Part shown: one piece after another, positions 51,133-58,877 of the stretch
How positions within the stretch are numbered: position 1 is the first letter of the stretch
Layout of the letters: every line of letters starts with the position of its first letter
NCBI GenBank assembly: GCA_037440465.1
Contig: JBBIUB010000005.1
Span: 1-64,000, forward strand
Origin: Coprothermobacterota bacterium
Lineage (GTDB): Bacteria > Coprothermobacterota > HKB111
Reading direction: 5' to 3'
Length of the DNA stretch: 64,000 nucleotides
The notes under the pieces: generated by a model
What the model saw: the letters and a program-made list of their open reading frames with translations, nothing else
The model's database searches: none
Told to the model about the DNA's origin: nothing
Position numbers and translations under genes: made by a program

Positions 51133-51403
51133 CTTTCCTCCTGTCAATTTGAGCTATCAGGTTTGCTGTAATCTCTTTTATTTCCTTATCATCAACCTCT
51201 ATTCTTAAAGACTTACCAAGAATACCTTTCCTCAGAAGCCCTTTTAAGCAAGAAGGGTTATAACATACATATGCTCCTCTACCAGAAAGTTTAGTGGTTA
51301 GGTCAAGTCTTAATCCAGCTTCATCTCGCGTTAACCTCATAAGGTCTTTCTTGGGACGAGAAACTCTACAAACTATACAAGTTCTTATGGGTTCCTTAAT
51401 CAT
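51125..51403 (-). CDS. ylxR: YlxR family protein
   Basis: PIRTCIVC, GRGAYVC. Confidence 0.92.
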   Translation of the reverse strand: MIKEPIRTCIVCRVSRPKKDLMRLTRDEAGLRLDLTTKLSGRGAYVCYNPSCLKGLLRKGILGKSLRIEVDDKEIKEITANLIAQIDRRKDG

Positions 51404-52455
51404 TCGCCTTCCATTATATCAATTTTAATACCGACAAGCTTGGCAGCAAGACGTACATTCTGACCTTTAATGCCAATAGCTATGGACTTAGCATTTCCAA
51501 CATTGGGAACCATTACTTTAGCCACCTTTTCTCTTATTCCTTCTTGATTAATTTCTTCTACAATATCAACGGAGCTCACTTTTGCTGGACTTAAAGCATT
51601 AGCTACATAGGTTTTAAGGTCACTACTCCATCTAACAATATCTATGCGTTCTCCTTTTAGCTCCCTGATAACATTTTGAATCCGGTATCCTTTAGTGCCT
51701 ATACATATCCCGACAGGCTCAATCCTTTCTTCTTTTGAACGAACAGATACTTTTGAACGCATACCAGCTTCCCTAACAATGTTCACTATCTCAATCAAAC
51801 CCTGGCGTATTTCTGGAACCTCTAATTCCAATAACTTCCTCATAAGGTATGGACTACTACGAGATACTAAAATAACAGGGTCTTTAAAAGAAATATCCAT
51901 CTTAACTATATATACTACCAGTCGCTCTCCCATTTTATACTTTTCACTTCCTTGTTCTTTGGGAGACAACATACCTTCACCAACAGCAAATTTTACATAA
52001 ATTCCTTTCTCATCCCATCTCCAGACATGGCCTGTTAATATATCACCCTCTTTAGCGGAGAAGTTACTGATGATCGCTTCTCTTTCTCCTTCTCTTACCG
52101 CCTGAGAGATTACCTGCCTGGCAACCTGTATGGCAATTCGTCCAAAATCCTGCGGTGTAGGTACTATCATTTCTACTGTATCTCCTGGTAAATATACAGG
52201 TTTGAGTTTCTTAGCTTCTTGTATAGATATCTCCGAGGAAGGATTATTAACTTCTTCTACAACTTTTTTTATTAAAGATAAATGCATCTCACCGCTTTTC
52301 TCACTTATATCTACTGTTAAGGCGTCGTTAGCTCCATAACGCTTTCTATAAGCATATGTCAGAGCCTTTTTTATACCTTCTATAAGCTTGCCTTTGGGAA
52401 TGCCTTTTAGCTTCTCAATTTCTTCTATAGCTGAAATTAATTCTCTATTTGCCAT
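51400..52455 (-). CDS. nusA: Transcription termination/antitermination factor NusA
   Basis: FGRIA.Q.ARQ, LEVPEI, ERIDI, AIG..GQNVRLA. Confidence 0.96.
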   Translation of the reverse strand: MANRELISAIEEIEKLKGIPKGKLIEGIKKALTYAYRKRYGANDALTVDISEKSGEMHLSLIKKVVEEVNNPSSEISIQEAKKLKPVYLPGDTVEMIVPTPQDFGRIAIQVARQVISQAVREGEREAIISNFSAKEGDILTGHVWRWDEKGIYVKFAVGEGMLSPKEQGSEKYKMGERLVVYIVKMDISFKDPVILVSRSSPYLMRKLLELEVPEIRQGLIEIVNIVREAGMRSKVSVRSKEERIEPVGICIGTKGYRIQNVIRELKGERIDIVRWSSDLKTYVANALSPAKVSSVDIVEEINQEGIREKVAKVMVPNVGNAKSIAIGIKGQNVRLAAKLVGIKIDIMEGE

Positions 52456-52457
52456 AT

Positions 52458-52928
52458 TTATATCTCGGGTTCTAAATTTGCATTAGTTATTCTATCGTGA
52501 GCAATTGTTATTAAGCCTTCTTCTCCAACATCTAAAGTAACATTGCAATCTCCAGCTTTACTAATAATGCCAACAACTTCTCGGGCTTTTCCATCTTCAT
52601 CGTTCCAGTTAACATGAACTCTTAGACCCTCAAAATAGCCATACTCTTTTTTATCCTTTAACTTTCTAAAGATTCCCGGAGTTGATACCTCAAGAACATA
52701 GGGTATATCAATAGACAAATCTTGGTCAAGCTTAAGCTCAACTTCTCTGGAAACTTGTTCGCAGTCTCTTAAATTAACTCTTCCTCCTGGTTTGTGTAGA
52801 TAAATACGGAGAACACAATTTCTCCCGTGAATCTCACTTTCCACATCCAGGAGTATGAGTCCCTTTTTTTCAACTATGGGTTTTGCTAATTCATATACCT
52901 TTTTTCTTATTTCAAGCCCTCTAACCAT
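52458..52928 (-). CDS. rimP: Ribosome maturation factor RimP
   Basis: DC..VSR, YVLEVSTPG. Confidence 0.93.
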   Translation of the reverse strand: MVRGLEIRKKVYELAKPIVEKKGLILLDVESEIHGRNCVLRIYLHKPGGRVNLRDCEQVSREVELKLDQDLSIDIPYVLEVSTPGIFRKLKDKKEYGYFEGLRVHVNWNDEDGKAREVVGIISKAGDCNVTLDVGEEGLITIAHDRITNANLEPEI

Positions 52929-52947
52929 GGCTTACACCTCTTTAAAA

Positions 52948-52977
52948 ATTTAGGAGTGGGAGTGCCCACTCCTAAAT
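52948..52977 (-). promoter_or_regulatory. rimP leader hairpin (putative attenuator)
   Basis: Perfect 13-bp stem ATTTAGGAGTGGG-AGTG-CCCACTCCTAAAT between promoter and SD, followed by a T run on the minus strand. Confidence 0.75.
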
Positions 52978-52999
52978 ATAAGTTTATATTCTATATTTT

Positions 53000-53028
53000 A
53001 GTTTATACCTTTTTATTTATTATGTCAA
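53000..53028 (-). promoter_or_regulatory. Sigma70-type promoter of the rimP-nusA-infB operon
   Basis: TTGACA-17 nt-TAAACT on the minus strand. Confidence 0.7.
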
Positions 53029-53049
53029 TATTGCTAACAATAAATTAAA

Positions 53050-53126
53050 TGGTACGCCCGGAGGGACTCGAACCCCCAACCCTCTGCTTAGAAGGCAGAT
53101 GCTCTTTCCACTTGAGCTACGGGCGC
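53050..53126 (-). tRNA. tRNA-Arg(TCT)
   Basis: GCGCCCGTAGCTCAAGTGGAAAGAGCA-TCTGC-CTTCTAA-GCAGA...GGTTCGAGTCC...GGGCGTACCA. Confidence 0.96.
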
Positions 53127-53151
53127 TAAAAAAATATTACAATCAACAAAA

Positions 53152-53229
53152 TGGTCGGGGCGGGCAGATTTGAACTGCCGACCTCGTGCTCCCAAAACAC
53201 GCGCGCTAACCAGACTACGCTACACCCCG
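53152..53229 (-). tRNA. tRNA-Pro(TGG)
   Basis: CGGGGTGTAGCGTAGTCTGGTTAGCGCG-CGTGT-TTTGGGA-GCACG...GTTCAAATC...CCCCGACCA. Confidence 0.96.
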
Positions 53230-53441
53230 ATAACAATATTTAGGTAATTATGTAAACAATTCAACAACAAGTAGAGTATATTTTAACATAGATTTTCCCT
53301 ATATATAACTCTTTTTCAACATAAAACACTATAAGGGAGGGAACTTTCAGTGGTAGTACCTGACCGTCATAAGAGCGATAGCCCCTGTGAAATTGGTGCG
53401 TTTTAACCAAAATATGTCACCTTATTTACGAAATGCACTAC

Positions 53442-54107
53442 TTAAATAATTTCATAGTAGGACTTTCCAGTTCTTATAAAGTATGAATCACCATATACAG
53501 GCATTCTCCTACCAAAAGGACCTACTATATATTGCACATCCGGTTGTATATCATAAATAACAATATCCTTGACATCAGACAAAGTTGTATAAAGAACCTG
53601 AGCTAACTCTCCTACCAGTGGTCCAAGGAAGGCAGATACAAGCACAGCTAAAATAATTGTCCATAAATTAATTGCACCACTAACAAATATAAGGGTAATT
53701 AAAACAACTCCACTAAGAAAACTACCTACAGCCCTACCAGTACCACAAGAAGAGTGTATAGCCAGCGATTTTTCTCCAGCTTTAAGTCTCTCAAGAGCTT
53801 CTCTCACTGCTTTCTCAACCATAATAGGCTCAACAGATCCCTTTATATAGAAACCATCTTCTTTTGCAAAACCACTTAGCCACCCTCTCTTTCCAGAATA
53901 ACCTTCCAGAACATTAATAGTGGCATGTTCAAGAGCGTGATTCTTTCTCAAGATCGGATTACGAGCAAGCTCCATAAGTTGCGCTGGTACAGTAAAAAGG
54001 CTAAACATAGAATTTACCACATATCCAAAGGGAACAAGGAATAAAAAAGAAGATAAAAATATGGCTATTGGCCAAAAAAGTATAAAAAGAAGTATATATA
54101 ATATCAA
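53442..54107 (-). CDS. Membrane protein with NHALEHAT motif (DUF6391-like)
   Basis: RKNHALEHATI, L.RL..GE..LAIH..CGT; family name recalled from memory. Confidence 0.65.
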   Translation of the reverse strand: MILYILLFILFWPIAIFLSSFLFLVPFGYVVNSMFSLFTVPAQLMELARNPILRKNHALEHATINVLEGYSGKRGWLSGFAKEDGFYIKGSVEPIMVEKAVREALERLKAGEKSLAIHSSCGTGRAVGSFLSGVVLITLIFVSGAINLWTIILAVLVSAFLGPLVGELAQVLYTTLSDVKDIVIYDIQPDVQYIVGPFGRRMPVYGDSYFIRTGKSYYEII

Positions 54108-54318
54108 TTTAAAACCTCACAATAATCAATAATTGAATCATTACGAGCAAGTATACCCTGTTCAAGGTTTACTTAACCTATCAAGAAGATTTAAATTATG
54201 CTTGTAATATTTTACTACCCTTTGTTATCTTTATAAAACAATTTTTAAGAAAAATCTAAATTCTAAGTATAATGGTTAATTCATCTTTTTATTTGTTATG
54301 ATGTATATATTTCATTAC

Positions 54319-54345
54319 TGTCATCCTGAATTTATTTCAGCATCC
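54319..54345. repeat. REP-like palindrome TGTCATCCTGAATTTATTTCAGCATCC
   Basis: GTCAT-led imperfect hairpin CTGAA-TTTAT-TTCAG in an intergenic region. Confidence 0.45.
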
Positions 54346-54434
54346 CTTTGAATTATTATGTCATATCTTTATACATAGCTTCACAAATCTATATATAATA
54401 GTAAAATATTTAATAGTAAAAAGGGAGGTTATAA

Positions 54435-55640
54435 ATGAATATGGAGCAGGAAATTGCAAAATTCCTTATTGAGCTTATAAATACAAAAGCAGTTAATCCT
54501 CGTTCTCAGGAAGGTGCTGAAGGAGAAGGTAATAGAGCAAAGTATCTTAAAGAAAATATTAAAAAAATCATACCCGGGGTTAAGGTTGATGAATATGTGG
54601 CATATGATAAAGAATCTCCAGTCAAAAATCGCCCAAATATCATTGCCACATTAGAAGGCTTAGATACTTCTCAAACCTTGTATTTTATCACTCATATGGA
54701 CACCGTACCTGAAGGAGACCTAACACTCTGGGAGAGTAATCCCTTCATAGCTATTTATAAAGATGGTAAAGTGTTTGGAAGAGGAGCAGAAGACAACCTC
54801 CAGGCTATGGTTTCTTCCATCTTTGCCCTTAGAGAAGTTGCTCTAAATAAAGATAAACCTCCAGTAAATATTTCTCTTGTCTTTGTTTCTGATGAAGAAA
54901 CAGGTAGTATTTACGGTATCCAGTACCTTGCAGAAATGAAATTGTTCAAAAAGAGTGACCTGATAATAGTACCTGACTATGGCTCACCAGAAGGAGATTT
55001 TCTGGAAGTAGCAGAGAAAGGAATCTTCTGGTTTAAAATAGAAGTTTTGGGTCGTCAAACTCACGCTTCACAACCTCACTTAGGGTTGAATGCTCACCTT
55101 AAAGGTATGGAGTTTGCTTTAAGTCTCTACAAAGCACTTAAGAAGAAGTTTAAATTAAGTAATCATCTCTTTGACCCGTCAGTGAGTACATTTGAACCTA
55201 CCAAAAAAGAAGCTAATGTTGATAATATTAACACTATCCCCGGAAAAGATGTGATTTACTTTGATTGTCGGGTTCTTCCAGAATTCAAGTTAGAAGATGT
55301 TCTACGCTTTATAAAAAGAAAAGCTCAAACATTCAGTAAAAAAGAAGGGGTTGAAATTAACATTTCTGTCGTTCAAAAAGAAGGAGCTCCACCCATTACT
55401 TCACCTAAGTCTAATGTTGTTCAAAAGCTTAAGGGGGCCATAAAAAAAGCGTTAAATATCGAGGTAAATATAGGCGGTATTGGTGGTGGAACTTGTGCTG
55501 CTATTCTAAGAAAGGCTGGCTTTGAAGTAGCAGTATGGGCAAAAAATGACCATACAGCTCACCAGGTAAATGAATATGCCAGATTAACTAACATATTAGA
55601 CGAGGTAAAGGTCTTCTACTATCTAATGATAGATTTTTAA
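54435..55640 (+). CDS. M20 family metallohydrolase (ArgE/DapE-like)
   Basis: THMDTVPEGD, GRGAEDN, DEETGS, AEKG, DCRVLP, GIGGGTCA, AHQ.NE. Confidence 0.92.
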   Translation: MNMEQEIAKFLIELINTKAVNPRSQEGAEGEGNRAKYLKENIKKIIPGVKVDEYVAYDKESPVKNRPNIIATLEGLDTSQTLYFITHMDTVPEGDLTLWESNPFIAIYKDGKVFGRGAEDNLQAMVSSIFALREVALNKDKPPVNISLVFVSDEETGSIYGIQYLAEMKLFKKSDLIIVPDYGSPEGDFLEVAEKGIFWFKIEVLGRQTHASQPHLGLNAHLKGMEFALSLYKALKKKFKLSNHLFDPSVSTFEPTKKEANVDNINTIPGKDVIYFDCRVLPEFKLEDVLRFIKRKAQTFSKKEGVEINISVVQKEGAPPITSPKSNVVQKLKGAIKKALNIEVNIGGIGGGTCAAILRKAGFEVAVWAKNDHTAHQVNEYARLTNILDEVKVFYYLMIDF

Positions 55641-55660
55641 CCCCACATACCCTGAATGTA

Positions 55661-56869
55661 CTAACAAACCGATAAGTTACCCTCAATAAGATCTTTAATA
55701 AGGGTCTTTATGCCTGATAGCTCTCTTAAAGAGGCCTCTCTGGCTTTCTTTTCTATATAAGCCAGATCTGCTATTTTATGAGGAACAATCTGAAGTGCAG
55801 TGATAAGAGGTTCATTGACTGGCTTGCCAATCTGACTGCATAACCAGACATATACTTCATTAATGCCCTCTACTTCACTATAAACCCTGGTAGCTATCCT
55901 ATGAGTAAGAAAGTTGTAGATTTTTCCTACATGAGAAACAGGATTCTTGCCAGCAGCTGCTTCGGTACCCATTGGTCTGTTGAGTGAAATTATGCCATTC
56001 ACTCGGTTCCCCCGACCTACCTGCCCTGAATCACTACTCTCAGCAGATGTCCCGGTAACGGTTGTATATACACCTTTAATACCACTTCCCCTTTCGTCCA
56101 GAGTGTTTATATCAACTCTAACAATATCAAAAGAATTATCGCGAATTACACTTTCATGAAGTTTAGATTTTATCCGTTCTTTCTTTATAAAGTAATCATC
56201 TTCACCAGAAACATATTTATCAACAAAAGCCAGGGCTACTGTTAAAATAAGCTCTCTACGGTAGCGGTAACCCATTACTTTTATATCTTCGCCAACTTCA
56301 GGAAACTCTTTTTTAAACTGAGGTGAATTTAGTAACCTTTCAGTTTCATAAACTATCTTCTCAGTTGGAGTAAAAGGAGAATATCCAACAGCAGCAGATG
56401 TATCATTAGCTCTCAGTACCTCTTCTTTCTTATCAAAAATAGAAGAAAGTTGGGGAGAAGCAGGTTTAATCTCCACTTGATAATCAACATACTTATCAGG
56501 GTCAACAAATCGTAGTTCTTGTGTTAACCACTCTTTAGCAGTACCAATTGCGATATCTTTTACTGGAATCTTCTTACCATTAAATTCTATAGTAGCTCTA
56601 TCTCCAAAAACGAGAAGCATGGGTTTTGTTACTTCTCCACCTCCAAAGCGGGTTTCAGCAGTTCCAGCCACCAGAAGGGCTTTATCAATGTTATGATGAA
56701 GAACCTTACCAAAATTTCGCAGATAATACTGTGAGAGTTTCTGGGAAACCTTATCCATAATAGCATCTACAATATGGTCGGGATGCCCAATTCCTTTCCT
56801 TTCCACCAGTTCTACTTCTTGCTCATTAACCGGTGTAGCCTTTAAAAAATCAACAGTAACAGTTCTCAT
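55661..56869 (-). CDS. mat: Archaeal-type S-adenosylmethionine synthetase
   Basis: VELVERKGIGHPD, HHNIDK, ANDTS, GEDIKVMG, GTSAE..DSG.VGRGNR, AAAGKNPVSHVGKIYN. Confidence 0.93.
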   Translation of the reverse strand: MRTVTVDFLKATPVNEQEVELVERKGIGHPDHIVDAIMDKVSQKLSQYYLRNFGKVLHHNIDKALLVAGTAETRFGGGEVTKPMLLVFGDRATIEFNGKKIPVKDIAIGTAKEWLTQELRFVDPDKYVDYQVEIKPASPQLSSIFDKKEEVLRANDTSAAVGYSPFTPTEKIVYETERLLNSPQFKKEFPEVGEDIKVMGYRYRRELILTVALAFVDKYVSGEDDYFIKKERIKSKLHESVIRDNSFDIVRVDINTLDERGSGIKGVYTTVTGTSAESSDSGQVGRGNRVNGIISLNRPMGTEAAAGKNPVSHVGKIYNFLTHRIATRVYSEVEGINEVYVWLCSQIGKPVNEPLITALQIVPHKIADLAYIEKKAREASLRELSGIKTLIKDLIEGNLSVC

Positions 56870-56898
56870 TCTTCTACCTCCTGTTTATGATTTCTAAT

Positions 56899-56997
56899 TT
56901 ATTCTATCCAATTTAACACTACTTCAAGACCTCTCCTTCTGAAACGACCCCCTTCTAAAGGGTATCCCACAGAAATAAGTGCTTCTATAACATCCTT
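56899..56997 (-). pseudogene. C-terminal remnant of a nitroreductase-family gene
   Basis: Startless frame KDVIEALISVGYPLEGGRFRRRGLEVVLNWIE* resembles the nitroreductase C-terminal pattern (A)LI.lGYP....R.R..LE.VV.W. Confidence 0.55.
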
Positions 56998-56998
56998 C

Positions 56999-58453
56999 TT
57001 AACCTTTTACTACTCCCACAGGTCTCATACGACAAACTTTTTTGGAAATGCCGGCTCCGTGGACCACATCAACTACCTGTGTTACATCTTTATAAGCTTC
57101 AGGAGCTTCTTCTACCAGAGTCTCATTACTTTCTGCTTTAACTATAATGCCCTTTCTCTTAAGTGCTTCTAAGAGCTCAATGGCTTTGGTCTCTCTCTTT
57201 GAAGCGGTTCTGGATTTTACTCTACCAGCACCGTGACAGGTAGAACCCCAGGCTTCTTCCATTGCTTTCTGTGTTCCCACAAGGAGATAAGAATATCTTC
57301 CCATGTCACCTGGGATGAGAACGGGTTGACCTACTTCTTGGTAAAGAGGCGGTATTTCTTCTCGTCCTGAAGGAAAAGCACGGGTTGCTCCTTTTCGGTG
57401 AACAACAAGTTCAATTGGAGCTTCATCAACCAGGTGAGTTTCTATTTTGGCAATGTTGTGAGCTACATCGTAAACCTGATTTAATCCCAGATTCTCCCAC
57501 GAACTTCTGAATACTTCTTCAAAAGATTCTCTGACCCAATGAGTTATCATCTGTCTGTTTGTCCAAGCATAATTAGCTGCACCGACCATGGCTGAGAAAT
57601 ACCTCTTTCCTTCGGGAGATTTAAAAGGTGAACAGGCTAACTGTCTATCTGCTAACTTAATATTATATTCCCGCGCAGCCTTTTCCATCACTTTAATATA
57701 ATCAGTAGCTACTTGGTGACCAAGACCTCTGGAACCAGAATGAATCAACATGGTGACCTGCCCTTTAAATAAACCAAAGACTTTAGCTGTCTCTTCATCA
57801 TAAACCATATCTACAATCTGGACTTCCAGAAAGTGATTCCCTGAACCCAAAGAACCAAGTTGCGGAAAACCTCGCTTCTTGGCTTCTGCGCTTACTGCCT
57901 GTGGCTCTGCTCCTTTCATCTCTCCATTTTCCTCTGTATAAAGGAGGTCTTCCTTCACACCAAAGCCCTTCTCTACAGCAAAACGGGCTCCTTTAACCAG
58001 AACCTGGTCCAGCTCTTGAGAAGTAACCTTTACCTTCCCGTGAGAACCGACTCCTGAAGGTACATTTCGGAAAATAGCATTCAATAACTGCTCTACTCGT
58101 CCTTCAAGATCCTCCTTCTTAAGGTCTGTCCGCAGGAGTCTGACCCCGCAGTTTATATCATAACCTATTCCCCCAGGTGTAATAACCCCAGTATTAACTT
58201 CAAAGGCAGCCACACCACCAATGGGAAAACCGTATCCCCAGTGGATATCAGGCATAGCAAGAGAGTATTTCATAATACCCGGTAAGGTTGCTACATTAGC
58301 GACTTGCTCCAGAGCTTCCTCTTCGGTGGTAATCTCCCAGAGGTCACTGTCTAAATAAACCATGCCGGGAACTTTCATTCCTGACTTGTAATCCTGTGGG
58401 ATTAAAACTCTGTAAGAGTCTATCCTTTTATGAAGGCCTTTCCATTTTCCCAT
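56999..58453 (-). CDS. rtcB: RtcB family RNA ligase (archaeal/eukaryotic-like)
   Basis: MPDIHWGYGFPIG, DINCG, GSGNHFLE, HSGSRG, HN, HRKGAT, STCHGAGR, EEAP.AYK. Confidence 0.96.
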   Translation of the reverse strand: MGKWKGLHKRIDSYRVLIPQDYKSGMKVPGMVYLDSDLWEITTEEEALEQVANVATLPGIMKYSLAMPDIHWGYGFPIGGVAAFEVNTGVITPGGIGYDINCGVRLLRTDLKKEDLEGRVEQLLNAIFRNVPSGVGSHGKVKVTSQELDQVLVKGARFAVEKGFGVKEDLLYTEENGEMKGAEPQAVSAEAKKRGFPQLGSLGSGNHFLEVQIVDMVYDEETAKVFGLFKGQVTMLIHSGSRGLGHQVATDYIKVMEKAAREYNIKLADRQLACSPFKSPEGKRYFSAMVGAANYAWTNRQMITHWVRESFEEVFRSSWENLGLNQVYDVAHNIAKIETHLVDEAPIELVVHRKGATRAFPSGREEIPPLYQEVGQPVLIPGDMGRYSYLLVGTQKAMEEAWGSTCHGAGRVKSRTASKRETKAIELLEALKRKGIIVKAESNETLVEEAPEAYKDVTQVVDVVHGAGISKKVCRMRPVGVVKG

Positions 58454-58466
58454 ACTTCTTCACCTC

Positions 58467-58877
58467 CTAAACATCCAGGATAATGCGGATTTTATATATA
58501 TCTTTACGCTTTTTGAAGCTAGCCTTGTGATAGGTAACTGCTTTAATTAATTTTCGTAACTCGTGTTTTTCTCTTATAAATGGTTCACCTTTTATTACAA
58601 CCCAAACTGGATTAAGATTTCTAATCTCTATAAGCTCTTTGGAAAGGAAACCTTCACCATCATAACGATACAGAACCTGACTCAAAAAATCTACCACACC
58701 ACTGGTTAAGCTTTTGGAAGAAGTCCTTACCTCTTTCTCTTCCATGGGTTCCACCTTTTCAGTATCGTAAAGAAGGGTTGTAAAAGCATTGAAAACCTCT
58801 TTTAAAGCCTCTTCTCTTGTAGAACCCCAGGCTTCAATCCCCATATCAGCTGTGTGTTCTATATACCTATAGGGCAT
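58467..58877 (-). CDS. Archease
   Basis: YIEHTAD, IKAVTYH, C-terminal ILDV. Confidence 0.95.
   Translation of the reverse strand: MPYRYIEHTADMGIEAWGSTREEALKEVFNAFTTLLYDTEKVEPMEEKEVRTSSKSLTSGVVDFLSQVLYRYDGEGFLSKELIEIRNLNPVWVVIKGEPFIREKHELRKLIKAVTYHKASFKKRKDIYKIRIILDV

Noticed and set aside
53231..53258. Possible dif site (TTATGTAAAC)
   Set aside because: Only the XerD-like arm matches; the XerC arm lacks the expected pattern
53340..53385. Hammerhead-like CTTATGA...GAAA on the minus strand
   Set aside because: Core deviates from CUGANGA at an essential G, and the flanking stems are unconvincing
56870..56998. SAM riboswitch upstream of mat
   Set aside because: No SAM-I or SMK consensus elements; the region is better explained as a coding remnant
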